DNA from: an uncultured delta proteobacterium
GTDB taxonomy: Bacteria > Desulfobacterota > Desulfobulbia > Desulfobulbales > Desulfocapsaceae
DNA length: 64,000 bases
Assembly (NCBI GenBank): GCA_963798425.1
Contig: CAWCTP010000012.1
Location: 153,470-217,469, forward strand
Direction of reading: 5' to 3'
Positions within the stretch are counted from its first letter, which is position 1, and every line of letters begins with the position of its first letter. A model generated the notes under the pieces. It was given only the letters and a program-made list of their open reading frames with translations. It did not search any database and was not told where the DNA came from. Below, piece after piece: positions 29,531-39,321 of this stretch. The translations under genes and the position numbers were made by a program.

Positions 29531-31130
29531 TTACTTGCTTCCCTTCAGGTGTTTGGCGCCTCCAAGCTCTGCAAAACCTGTTTTCTGAAGGTCCGTCCAG
29601 AGGGTACCATCGCCAGCGTGGATGATATTCAGTTTCATAGCTGGATTCAAGGTATCAGCAAACCGCCACTTCGCGTATGCAACCGGGTCGTTGAAAACCT
29701 CGGTTTTCAGCTTAAGACCATTGGCCCTTTCACCGTCCACTTTTTGCAGGGCGGATGCGGTGGCCAGGCCGAGTACACGAACTTTGTCAGCAGATATTGC
29801 TGCGGTCAGTTTTTTGATTTCAGCTGCTTTTTTCAGTGTTTCCGCCTGAATCTGGGCGACTTGTTTTCCGAGATCGGCGGCGATTTCAGCCTTTATTTTT
29901 TCGGTCTCCTGTATAACTTGTTCGCCGCGTTGCTGTATAAGCGAAAGTTCGGTATTGAGTTCGGCTTGTTTACGGGCTGTATTCTGCCGTTCTTTGTTGG
30001 TCAGATCCTGTTCAATGGCAATGCTGGCCTGCTGGATAGGCGCACGAATTTCGTCCGGTACCTCTACATGACGAATGAGTGCATTGTAGACCTTGATATC
30101 CTTGGTGGTAAGCGTTTGCTCAAGAGATACGGTGAGGTCGTTCTGAAATTTTTCACGACCTTCGCCGACGATGAAGTCCTTTGCCCGATATTCTGACCCC
30201 TTGTTTCGCGAGATAGAGGTAATCTGCGGCATGATGATTTTATCGACCACTGCAGGCAGATCCCCGTATCGACGGAAAATATCGGCGATCTTGTCGGGCG
30301 AGAGTTCGAATTCAACGGTCATGTCGAGACTGATCTGAAAACCATCGCGGGATGGAAAACTGACAAGTTCGGTCAGGTTCATTTCCCCTTCTTCAAGCGA
30401 GGCTGGTGACATATTGGCCAGCGGGCGACCGGCATCAAATTCAACCTGCTCGCCGCTTTTGAATTTTTGTTCCTGGGCAGAGGAGGACCGTTTACTGAAA
30501 TAGTCCTGCCGTTTAGCTTCCTGTTTTTGAAGCACAGCCGACTGCAGCTCGTTCAGTGCTTCATTTTGACCAAGCTGTCTGGCCTTGGTGACGACCTTGC
30601 CACCGCTTCGGCCCAGTAAACGATACCTGATTGATGCCGATTTCGAGTACATCGACCTTATATTCCTTCGGATTGATATAGTAGAGACCAGGCTGCAGTA
30701 CGTCCTTGCGGACACCTTTTTGCTTTTGGTCCTGGCGAATTCCCCGCCCGCGGCAGGTTCGCCTGAGAGCGAGGTGATAACCCCGGCGTAGCCGATCGGG
30801 AATGCTGATGGCATCGACGATTTCAATATTGTAGCCGTATGGGTTCATTCGGTATTTCCCGGGGCCAAGAACACTGCGCCAAATACCTTTCTGGCCACGT
30901 TCAGCAATGAATTCCCCTTCGGCAAGCTTGTCTCCAACCTTGGAGGTGACCACTGCCACCTTGCCGGGTTGGACGAGGGTCACATTAACTATTTCCCATT
31001 CGTTAAAAACCGGATTGAGAAAATGACGACCCTCCCCGAGGGTTTCCTCCCGTATTCCTTTCTGACCCTCACGGGCGAGAATCTGTCCCGGTTCGAGAGG
31101 ATCACCTGTTTTTGCGGTAATAATGGCCAT
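29531..31130 (-). pseudogene. SPFH/band-7 paralog with N-terminal PGxxIAxxGQKGI…NPY repeats, split by a frameshift
   Basis: The 189-aa ORF (30561..31130) carries the repeat modules. The 431-aa ORF (29531..30826) carries the SPFH domain. Both are homologous, in that order, to the intact 512-aa neighbour, but lie in different frames with a 266-bp overlap. The first ~90 aa of the longer ORF read as out-of-frame sequence. Confidence 0.6.
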
Positions 31131-31231
31131 CTGGTTAGGCCCTACATAAAAGCGGCAGAATCCCCACTGCCAGACAAATTCAGCAAGTAGCAGAATTAAA
31201 AAGTGCTGAGTAGTATCTTAATGATTTTTTT

Positions 31232-32770
31232 TCATTTCGCACCTCCAGTTGCAGGAGCGAAGGTGCCGAATATCCCGCCCAACCCGTCCTTGGAATCACT
31301 GCTGAGTACAGAGAGCACTTGTGGCCCGACCTTTTCATAGAGGGTGTAACGCGCAAAATTATTGCCACCGCCAAAGGATGATACACGGTTTTTAAGGACG
31401 AACGCCTCGGCTTCGTTCTGCGCTTTGATGGCATCTTTTTGTCCATCTGCGGTTAAGATGATGGCTTCGGCCTGGAACAGCGCGGCATCATATTCAAGCT
31501 TGGCCACTTCCAGTTCCTTCTGTGCTGCGATCAATCGTACGCTTTGGTCCTGCTGTGCATCGATCACAGCGCGAATACGCTTGGTGTCGGCTTCGACCTT
31601 TTCCTTGCTCTGAACGGCCAGCATTTCCTGTTTGGTCAGTTCGGCTTTGGATTTGGCCTGGATAATCTGTTGCTCATACTTAGCGGCGTCCTGAACTGCC
31701 AGCTCACGGTCCCGGTTGATACTGGCAATCTCGTCCGGGACAATGATCTTGCGGACCAGTACCGATTTAATATCAATACCCCATCCTTTTGACTTGGCGC
31801 GCAAGTGGCTTTCCAGGTCACTCTGGAATTTTTGGCGAGTCTCACCGACAATAAAGTTGACGGCTGGATGCTTACTGCCTTCGATGCGGCTAAAGCCACG
31901 GGCTCGCGGAAGGATCAGTTTTTTGATGATGTCGTCCATGTCGCCGACCCGGTGCGTCAGAAAGGCAGCTTCCTCACGTTCGATTCCGAACTCGATAGTA
32001 CCTTCCACTGAAACGGAAAATCCATCCATGGTAAGGAAATTAATGACGTCATTACCGGACATCTCAAATCGCTGGCTCTGGGTGTTCACTTCTACTATGT
32101 TATACATATAGGGATTGAGATAGTGTGTGCCCGGATCGAGTAGCTGGCCAGAGACCCCTTTCAGCCCCTTGGTGACCATGAAGGTGTTTCGTTCATCTTG
32201 CGGGAGCTCGTTGTTGAGTACATCTTGTCCTGTCATTGCCGTCACAACACCAACGTGTCCGGGATTTATGTTGATCGCGTCGAAGAGGGCGACGTGGTAG
32301 GCGTAGGGATTGATGCGGTATTTACCGGGACGGAGAATTTCCTGCATAATGCCGCGCTGATTATTCTCAGCGATGATTTTGCCGGGAGGCAACTCTTCAC
32401 CGTAGAGACGCGTCATTACTCCAAGCTTACCCGCGGGAACATCGAGAATACGATGGATCTTCCAACTCCAGGTGTATGGATTTTTAAAGTATCGGCCCTC
32501 AGAAAGTACTTCCAGTTGAATCCCTTTCTGCCCCTCCTCAAGCGCTATAACCTGTCCCGGTTTGAGGTCTTGACCGGTCTTACGGATGAGTACAGCAATT
32601 TGACCAGCCTCGGGCTCGATCCGGCAGAAAAACCAGATGAAAGTTGAGGTCGCAAGAAGGGCTGTCACTATAAGCAATGGTAAGAATGGAAGTTTCGGTA
32701 GCTTCGGCAATGTCGGTATTCTCAACCCGAACTTCTTTTTTAACGGTACTAACTGCTTTGATTCTGTCAT
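31232..32770 (-). CDS. SPFH/band-7 (flotillin-like) membrane protein with N-terminal repeat modules
   Basis: N-terminal TM. Four roughly 30-aa repeats (KPGQVIALEEGQKGIQLEVLSEGRYFKNPY…). An SPFH domain and a C-terminal coiled coil. Confidence 0.75.
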   Translation of the reverse strand: MTESKQLVPLKKKFGLRIPTLPKLPKLPFLPLLIVTALLATSTFIWFFCRIEPEAGQIAVLIRKTGQDLKPGQVIALEEGQKGIQLEVLSEGRYFKNPYTWSWKIHRILDVPAGKLGVMTRLYGEELPPGKIIAENNQRGIMQEILRPGKYRINPYAYHVALFDAININPGHVGVVTAMTGQDVLNNELPQDERNTFMVTKGLKGVSGQLLDPGTHYLNPYMYNIVEVNTQSQRFEMSGNDVINFLTMDGFSVSVEGTIEFGIEREEAAFLTHRVGDMDDIIKKLILPRARGFSRIEGSKHPAVNFIVGETRQKFQSDLESHLRAKSKGWGIDIKSVLVRKIIVPDEIASINRDRELAVQDAAKYEQQIIQAKSKAELTKQEMLAVQSKEKVEADTKRIRAVIDAQQDQSVRLIAAQKELEVAKLEYDAALFQAEAIILTADGQKDAIKAQNEAEAFVLKNRVSSFGGGNNFARYTLYEKVGPQVLSVLSSDSKDGLGGIFGTFAPATGGAK

Positions 32771-32934
32771 GAAATCCTCTTTCGAATTGAGAGTACAGCC
32801 AATTAAATCGTTATAAACTCGGATTTACGAGCTTTCTTGAGCATACCTTTGACAGGTATTGTATTGCTTTTGTGAGAATTAATTCCAGTAAAGTTCAGTA
32901 TATGTAAAATCAAAAAAATCGCAAGAAAGACTCA

Positions 32935-33537
32935 TTAACGTAACAGAACGAGACCCGCCACCCAGGCAAGCTGGTCTGGTTCATCATGATCGTTGACTGT
33001 GAACAGATTGGTCGACCAACCGGCAGATTTCATCAGCTCACCAACATTTACTCCATAGCCGGACATTGACGTTCGTGCATGATCCGGATATCGACATTCT
33101 CCTCTTTCGGCTATCACTCTGCAATTTAGTTGATCATGACAAAAGCTCTCTTTACAGGAACCTCCTGCAAAACCGATGGATTCTGTAAACCCAAGCCGTT
33201 TCGCTTCAGTCTCGGTTTCAGCTGTAATTTCATGCAGAAGTCTCATCACTTCAGGTCGATCACTGCCATGCAGCGATGACGATTGGATCTCGATCCGGAT
33301 AACAATGGCATGTTGACATGACTGGAGCAGTCTCCGAAAGCCCTCAGGGCCGGAAACATATGGCGGACAACTTATTGATTGGCCATAATGAGGACATTTG
33401 GGATCTTGGCAAAATTCGGCCAATCTGTCTTCTACACAAACACTTTCAGGGGGGAGGCGTTTGGCCTTGGTTGCACCAATATGTTCTGCAAATTGCAAAA
33501 GCGATTCAATCTTTTTTTGGTCGTCATACTCAGTCAT
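32935..33537 (-). CDS. Cys-rich predicted metal-binding protein (DUF2284-like)
   Basis: CAGGAGAAA RBS before MTEYDD. Multiple CxxC/CxxxxC pairs (CQDPKCPHY…SCPPY…CKESFCHDQLNC). The family assignment is from memory. Confidence 0.4.
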   Translation of the reverse strand: MTEYDDQKKIESLLQFAEHIGATKAKRLPPESVCVEDRLAEFCQDPKCPHYGQSISCPPYVSGPEGFRRLLQSCQHAIVIRIEIQSSSLHGSDRPEVMRLLHEITAETETEAKRLGFTESIGFAGGSCKESFCHDQLNCRVIAERGECRYPDHARTSMSGYGVNVGELMKSAGWSTNLFTVNDHDEPDQLAWVAGLVLLR

Positions 33538-33909
33538 GCGATTTCTCCTGAAGCCCAATGATGGCTCCTGTTCAGGCAGCAGCTGGCAGTGGCACAATAT
33601 TTGGAGGTTTGAAAATATAAAAAGAACACACGATAGCACACCCAGAGTGTGTCGGGAACTATAAATGTGAAGTGTATATAATAGGATACTTTTCGCGAAG
33701 ATAACATGGATTTTTAATAAAAAAATACCAAAAGCCCTATGGTTTCTAGGTAGGGGGGCGAAAATATGTTGATTTGAGAAACCTCCTGATACTTCGGGCT
33801 TGAAGTTTAAAAATGTCGTGCATACCGTTAGTTATCTGCGGACTGATTGGCCACTAACAACAACGCAACAGGGTATCGCTGATCTCAACTGACCCGGGAG
33901 GAACAACTC

Positions 33910-34782
33910 ATGAGTAAACCGCGCTATTATCTACTGATGATGGTCTCTTTTCTCGCTCTCGTTTCCGGAGTGTGCGCACTTCTCTATGTTCCACTTCGCC
34001 AAGCATTTCTGGCCAATTGGGGATTTAATACGGTCATCCTTGGGGCATTGGTGATTGGAATTTTTCTTAACTTCCGCAGGGTGGTTGTTCTGAGGCCTGA
34101 AATAAGCTGGATCGAAATTTTTCGAACCGGCAGCTCGGGGTTGTCAGTGGCTGAAAGCCCGCATTTACTGAGGCCGCTGGCCAAGCATCTTGAGGGGTTG
34201 CATCGGGACCGTTTCAGCCTGTCTGCATTGTCACTTCAGACTGTTCTGGAGGGTATCCGAGGGCGGATGGATGAATCCCGGGAAATATCGAGGTATGTCA
34301 TCAGTCTGTTGGTTTTTCTTGGTCTGCTCGGTACTTTTTGGGGGCTGCTTGGGACCATCGGTGCGGTGAGCTCGGTGGTCGGTGGTCTCGAGGTCGGAAA
34401 CGGCGATTTCAACCAGATGTTTCAAACTATGAAAGTCGGTTTGCAGGAACCATTGAAGGGAATGGGAACGGCCTTCAGTTCTTCGCTCTTTGGTTTGGGA
34501 GGTTCACTTATCCTGGGATTTCTTGATATTCAGGCTAACCATGCTCAAAATCGTTTCTTTAACGAGCTTGAAGAGTGGCTTTCCGGTGTGACCCAGTTGG
34601 TCGAGAGAACGACGAAGGTTCAGCTTGAAGGGCAGGGCTCTATAGCACCCACGGGACCAGGCCAAGCACAGTTAGAAGCTTTGATTAGGGAGTTGCAGCG
34701 CACGAACAATTATCTGCAGGAAAAGTCCAGGGAAGAAATTGCAAAGTCAGCCGGTGATCCCGACGGGGATGATTGCCGCTAG
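33910..34782 (+). CDS. MotA/TolQ/ExbB-family proton-channel protein
   Basis: GGGAGGAACAACTC RBS. 290 aa with TM helices and the conserved C-terminal block LLGTFWGLLGTIGAV…MGTAFSSSLFGLGGSLILGF. Confidence 0.75.
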   Translation: MSKPRYYLLMMVSFLALVSGVCALLYVPLRQAFLANWGFNTVILGALVIGIFLNFRRVVVLRPEISWIEIFRTGSSGLSVAESPHLLRPLAKHLEGLHRDRFSLSALSLQTVLEGIRGRMDESREISRYVISLLVFLGLLGTFWGLLGTIGAVSSVVGGLEVGNGDFNQMFQTMKVGLQEPLKGMGTAFSSSLFGLGGSLILGFLDIQANHAQNRFFNELEEWLSGVTQLVERTTKVQLEGQGSIAPTGPGQAQLEALIRELQRTNNYLQEKSREEIAKSAGDPDGDDCR

Positions 34783-34790
34783 GAGAAAGT

Positions 34791-36068
34791 ATGTCCTCCA
34801 AATTTCGATCTTCTCAACAGTCACCAAGTATATGGCCGGGCTATGTTGATGCCTTGTCGGCTCTACTGATGGTGGTAATCTTTGTCCTGATGATATTTGC
34901 CTTTTCTCAATTCATTTTGAGTTATATCCTCTCCGGTCAAACCAGCGAATTGGCATCCCTTCATTCCCGTATCGCAGAAATAACCAAGTTACTGGGACTT
35001 GAAAAGAAGAGAAACAAGGAGATGGGGCAGCAGATAGCTTCTCTTTCAATCCAGGTTGAAGCACTGACCCTTGACCGAACGAAATTGCGCAGTAACGTCG
35101 ATGATCTGACCGCACAAAACGTCGCGGGAAAAAAAGAACAAGAACAGCAGTTACGAACCATTGCCAGCCTGCAGCAGGACATCGATGCCTTACAGGCTGT
35201 CCGTCGGGAGCTCGAAAAAAAGATCGCCAATGTGACGGCAGGTTTGGAGCAGGAACAACATCTGACTCTGTCACTGAGAGACCGAAGCAAAGCACTGGAG
35301 GCTCGCCTGGCTGACGAAGAGGAGAAGACACTGCTTGCTCAAAAGGATATTGACCAGCGCGATATCAGGATTCAGGCACTATCCGCATTGATCGGAGAGC
35401 AGCAGGAAAGTCTCGACAAAGAACAGCGCCTCACTGCCGACGCTAGAGCCGAGGTGGCATTGCTCAAGGAACAGTTGGTGCAGTTGCGGAGTCAACTGAG
35501 CGAAATTAACAAAGCTCTGAGTCTTTCTGAAGCGAAACGGACTGAACAAAAGGAAGAAATTCGTAATCTTGGTAATCGACTCAATATCGAGTTGGCGAGG
35601 AAAGTAAACGAACTGGAACGCTACCGTTCTGAATTTTTCGGTCGGTTGCGAAAGATTATCGGTGATAATCCGTTGATCCGTATAGAAGGCGATCGGTTTC
35701 TCCTGCAGGCTGAATTGCTTTTTGCCTCCGGGACAGCGGATTTGGGGGAGCAAGGGAAAAAACAGCTGCAACAGGTGGCGGCAGTACTGCTCAAGTTGAT
35801 ACCTTCCATCCCGAAGGACCTGCCATGGATTCTGCGGGTAGACGGCCATACTGACCGAGTGCCAATCCACTCGGCAAAGTTTGCTTCAAATTGGGAATTG
35901 TCCACCGCCAGAGCCGTCTCCGTTGTCCGGTATCTCGCTGAGCAGGGGATACCAGAGGCGCGGATGGCAGCTGCAGGATTCGGCAAATTCCATCCACTCG
36001 ACCCGGCTGATACCGAAGAGGCATATCGCAAAAACAGGCGCATTGAAATCAAGCTTACTTCCCGCTAA
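34791..36068 (+). CDS. MotB-like protein with ~250-aa coiled-coil linker and C-terminal OmpA-type peptidoglycan-binding domain
   Basis: The start overlaps the motA-like stop. MotB-like TM (WPGYVDALSALLMVVIFVLM). A long heptad-rich region. An OmpA-like C-terminus (GHTDRVPIHSAKFASNWELSTARAVSVVRYL). Confidence 0.75.
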   Translation: MSSKFRSSQQSPSIWPGYVDALSALLMVVIFVLMIFAFSQFILSYILSGQTSELASLHSRIAEITKLLGLEKKRNKEMGQQIASLSIQVEALTLDRTKLRSNVDDLTAQNVAGKKEQEQQLRTIASLQQDIDALQAVRRELEKKIANVTAGLEQEQHLTLSLRDRSKALEARLADEEEKTLLAQKDIDQRDIRIQALSALIGEQQESLDKEQRLTADARAEVALLKEQLVQLRSQLSEINKALSLSEAKRTEQKEEIRNLGNRLNIELARKVNELERYRSEFFGRLRKIIGDNPLIRIEGDRFLLQAELLFASGTADLGEQGKKQLQQVAAVLLKLIPSIPKDLPWILRVDGHTDRVPIHSAKFASNWELSTARAVSVVRYLAEQGIPEARMAAAGFGKFHPLDPADTEEAYRKNRRIEIKLTSR

Positions 36069-36258
36069 TTTTTGATTGTTGTTGAATTCCGTGGGAGTTT
36101 GATGCCTTTATCAGTTTCTCCATTTTTAAATCAAACAATTTTTTCCGGAAAATCAAGCCGTAAATGCGGAAAAGGCATTATCCAAAACTTCATTTTTCAG
36201 GTACGCATTTACTATTTTCTTAATATAAAACAAAACGATGAACAACTTGTATCGATAT

Positions 36259-36274
36259 TGGCTTGAAAATTGCT
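36259..36274 (+). promoter_or_regulatory. sigma54 (-24/-12) promoter candidate
   Basis: tTGGCttgaaaatTGCt: GG-N10-GC with TGGC and TTGC elements, about 210 bp upstream of the enhancer-binding protein (EBP) start. Confidence 0.5.
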
Positions 36275-36485
36275 TGTTTCAAACAGCACAAACCAACCGA
36301 GTTTTTGCAGTTCTTCAGTACAAATTGATCTACCCATTACCCATCAAGCTTATCTACTACAGCAAGAAAACTTGCATGGGTATAGTTCAGCTAAAGATTG
36401 TTATGCTGTCGTTCATAACACTTCTTTCTTAATTCTTAGGGCCGAAAAATGTCATAATAAAATCCCCATCGAGAGAGGACGCCTA

Positions 36486-37967
36486 ATGAGTCGTTTATCA
36501 CCACGCGTTTCCGAGAAAGTTGAAGCATCGATCATATTCCCTGATAAAAAAGAACGATCCGTTCCTTTGACGAATATCGGTTTAGGTGGCGTTTTTCTGG
36601 ATGTTAGCAAAGAAATTTCGGCTAAATGGTTCGCACCTCAAACAATTCACACTCTCCGCATCAGTACAAAGAAATTTGGCGAGTTGATGCTTGGTACAAT
36701 GGTTGTTAGAAATGGAGGGAAGGGTGTCGGTCTTGTTTTTTCTGCAATCAGTCATGGAGATCTTTTAAAAATATGGGACTTCATTCGCGAGCTTATAGCC
36801 GATAAAACACGATGCCCCTATTGCAATCACGCCTTCAAGGTATTTCCTGAAAACTGTCCCGGTTGTCAACGTAATCTGAATTTCGAAAACAAGGGATATC
36901 TCACCTACTGGAAAAAGAAAGCACTCCTCAATCAGGTAACCGACAGCTTGAGCAACCTTACTGTCAGTGAGTTACAAAGAGTCTCGCAATTCATTGAAAA
37001 GGACTCCCGGGCTATGAAGCAATTGCCTGTGTCTAGTGAAACTGAGGAATTTGTGGGTACGTGTCCAGCAATTATGAAAGTTTTTTCTTTAATCCGAAAG
37101 ATATCTCTCACCGATCTCCCCGTCGTCATCTTTGGAGAAAGTGGGACGGGTAAGGAATTGACCGTCCGCGCCATACATGAAAGAAGTCCAAGAAACAAAG
37201 GGCCTTTTGTTGCTATAAATTGTGCGGCAATACCTGAGTCACTTCTTGAATCTGAACTTTTTGGACATACTAAAGGAGCTTTTACAGGGGCTCACGAGAT
37301 CAAGAAAGGAAAATTTGAATTGGCCGATAAGGGAACGCTGTTTCTTGATGAAATTGGAGAAATTCCGCTTAATTTGCAGCCAAAACTCCTTCGAGTCCTG
37401 GAGACCCAGGTAATTGAGCCTATCGGTTCGCAGGAAACCAGAAAGGTGAACGTTCGAATTCTCGTCGCAACAAATGTTGATCTTGAGGAGGCCGTAGCTG
37501 CGGGTCGTTTCAGGCTGGATCTGTATTACCGGCTTAAGGTTTTCACCATTAACCTTCCTCCCCTGAGGGAACGAGGAGAAGACAAAGGCATCCTGGCACA
37601 ATATTTCCTAAAGAAGATCAAGCAGGAAAGTAACTGGGCATGTAAAGGTTTCACCCCGGAGACTATGGACGTGATCAGTAAGCACTCCTGGCCAGGTAAC
37701 GTAAGAGAGATGATCAACCGTATTAGACGAGCGGTAGTGGTTCAGGACGAATGGATCAGGCCGGAAGATATGGAACTCGATGTCGAACCCAACACAAAAA
37801 ATCAACCAAGACTCAAAGAAGCCAAGGAAAACCTCAAAGAAAAAATGATACAGAACGCCTTAGTAGAGAATGGGTACAACATTTCTCAAACCGCCAAATC
37901 TCTGGGGATCAGCCGTCAGCATCTCTATCTGCTCAAAAAGAAATTTTCTATCGAAGTCTCCCGGTAA
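36486..37967 (+). CDS. sigma54-dependent transcriptional activator with N-terminal PilZ domain, Zn-ribbon and C-terminal Fis-type HTH
   Basis: GAGAGAGGA RBS. PilZ motifs RLSPR and NIGLGG. CPYCN…CPGC ribbon. AAA+ core with GESGTGKEL and GAFTGA. C-terminal HTH (ISQTAKSLGISRQHLY). Confidence 0.85.
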   Translation: MSRLSPRVSEKVEASIIFPDKKERSVPLTNIGLGGVFLDVSKEISAKWFAPQTIHTLRISTKKFGELMLGTMVVRNGGKGVGLVFSAISHGDLLKIWDFIRELIADKTRCPYCNHAFKVFPENCPGCQRNLNFENKGYLTYWKKKALLNQVTDSLSNLTVSELQRVSQFIEKDSRAMKQLPVSSETEEFVGTCPAIMKVFSLIRKISLTDLPVVIFGESGTGKELTVRAIHERSPRNKGPFVAINCAAIPESLLESELFGHTKGAFTGAHEIKKGKFELADKGTLFLDEIGEIPLNLQPKLLRVLETQVIEPIGSQETRKVNVRILVATNVDLEEAVAAGRFRLDLYYRLKVFTINLPPLRERGEDKGILAQYFLKKIKQESNWACKGFTPETMDVISKHSWPGNVREMINRIRRAVVVQDEWIRPEDMELDVEPNTKNQPRLKEAKENLKEKMIQNALVENGYNISQTAKSLGISRQHLYLLKKKFSIEVSR

Positions 37968-38230
37968 GGAACATACACGACACCTGTCATATAGGTGTTA
38001 CATTTCTGTTTGTTTTACTGTTTTCAATAGTTTAAACGACTATTTGGTCCCAGTTTGTAATATTTACCTTACAATTGAGGACGTATTTTTTTGTGTTGTT
38101 TTGCAATAACGACCAGTTAGGTTTGTGGCATGGTTTTTGTATATTTAGACACAAACGTACGGATATGAAACTTACGCTGAGCCAAGAGAACGTTCGAACG
38201 AAAACTATTCAAACAATAAGGAGGGTTCTT

Positions 38231-38620
38231 GTGAAAAAATATGTTTTGAATATTCTCATTATTGCCCTCCTTTTCATTTCAAACATAGCACTCGGTCAAG
38301 AAAGCAATCCGACGGTCCCTCAATTTCTTGAAACCAGCCAATTTTGCCAAGACTGTTTAACTGATGCCACGGTTGAGAAGTCCCATAAAACGATTGCTAC
38401 CAAGGAGCTTTCCTCTGAAGAACTTGACCGGATTATTGGAGAGGGACCAGCAAGTTTTATATTTCAAAATGACAACCAATCAAAAAAAAGGAGCCTGGCT
38501 GAGGTTATTCTCTGGGATGAAATCTCAAAACGAAGGAATGCCTCCATCGCGAGCAGTATCGCATTGAAGAGTGGAGGATCTTTAATGCATGGTGTCCAGG
38601 TAAACGGGGTTATCAAGTGA
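38231..38620 (+). CDS. small secreted hypothetical protein
   Basis: AAGGAGG followed by a GTG start. Signal peptide (KKYVLNILIIALLFISNIALG). The start codon is uncertain. Confidence 0.4.
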   Translation: MKKYVLNILIIALLFISNIALGQESNPTVPQFLETSQFCQDCLTDATVEKSHKTIATKELSSEELDRIIGEGPASFIFQNDNQSKKRSLAEVILWDEISKRRNASIASSIALKSGGSLMHGVQVNGVIK

Positions 38621-38747
38621 ACTATTCCATAGGAAGGATAAAGCCATAAGTGAAACAGCACAAAACAAAGAGCAAAGGGCGCCTTGAAGATCAAAAAACA
38701 AGGTTAGCAAAACGGAAAAAATTGACAAGAAAGGAGGTGGAAGAAAG

Positions 38748-39302
38748 ATGAGAAAATATTTGATCTTATTTCTAGCGTTCGCTTTCATGCAATCACCCCT
38801 TGCCTGGGGAAAGTCATCGAGTCTGACGGATGATGAGATGGAAGGGATATACGCCACAGGTGTGGATATAAGTGGAGGCACCCTGGTAGGCGTTCAAGAC
38901 ACAGTCATTGGTAGCGACGGTGCCATTGCGGTGGCCAATGCAACCGATAGCGCAATTGCCAATGACAAATCGTCTTCGGTGGCCAATACAAATGATAGCG
39001 CTGTACAGGTTGGTGTCAATAATAGGGAAAACGGCCAAAATCAAATGGATAATGCTGGATCCACAGTACAAGGAGGAGATTCGACGGTGGTCAATGTGGA
39101 CGGAGATAACAGAGATCAAAACAACCTGAATAAAACCGTTCAAGTCAATGATGAAGGTCAATCGAATAATCAAGGAATTATTGCCAACTTGTCACAAGGG
39201 ATTTTCGTACAGCCGGTTAATAGTGTGTCGCTGGCGAATGCGTCAATGAACAGTGACATCTCTCAACACAATACGGTTACAATCATGACAGTCAACTATT
39301 AA
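38748..39302 (+). CDS. secreted Asn/Asp-rich low-complexity protein, paralog family member 1
   Basis: AAAGGAGG RBS. Signal peptide, then the shared motif SLTDDEMEGIYATGV. Imperfect repeats (VANATDSAIAND / VANTNDSAVQVG). No Cys. Confidence 0.6.
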   Translation: MRKYLILFLAFAFMQSPLAWGKSSSLTDDEMEGIYATGVDISGGTLVGVQDTVIGSDGAIAVANATDSAIANDKSSSVANTNDSAVQVGVNNRENGQNQMDNAGSTVQGGDSTVVNVDGDNRDQNNLNKTVQVNDEGQSNNQGIIANLSQGIFVQPVNSVSLANASMNSDISQHNTVTIMTVNY

Positions 39303-39321
39303 ACTTTAGAAGGAGGACATT

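Noticed and set aside
33910-36068. Zorya (ZorAB) anti-phage system
   Set aside because: In Zorya the long coiled-coil tail is on the MotA-like ZorA. No ZorC or ZorD-like genes follow. Here the coiled coil is on the MotB-like subunit.
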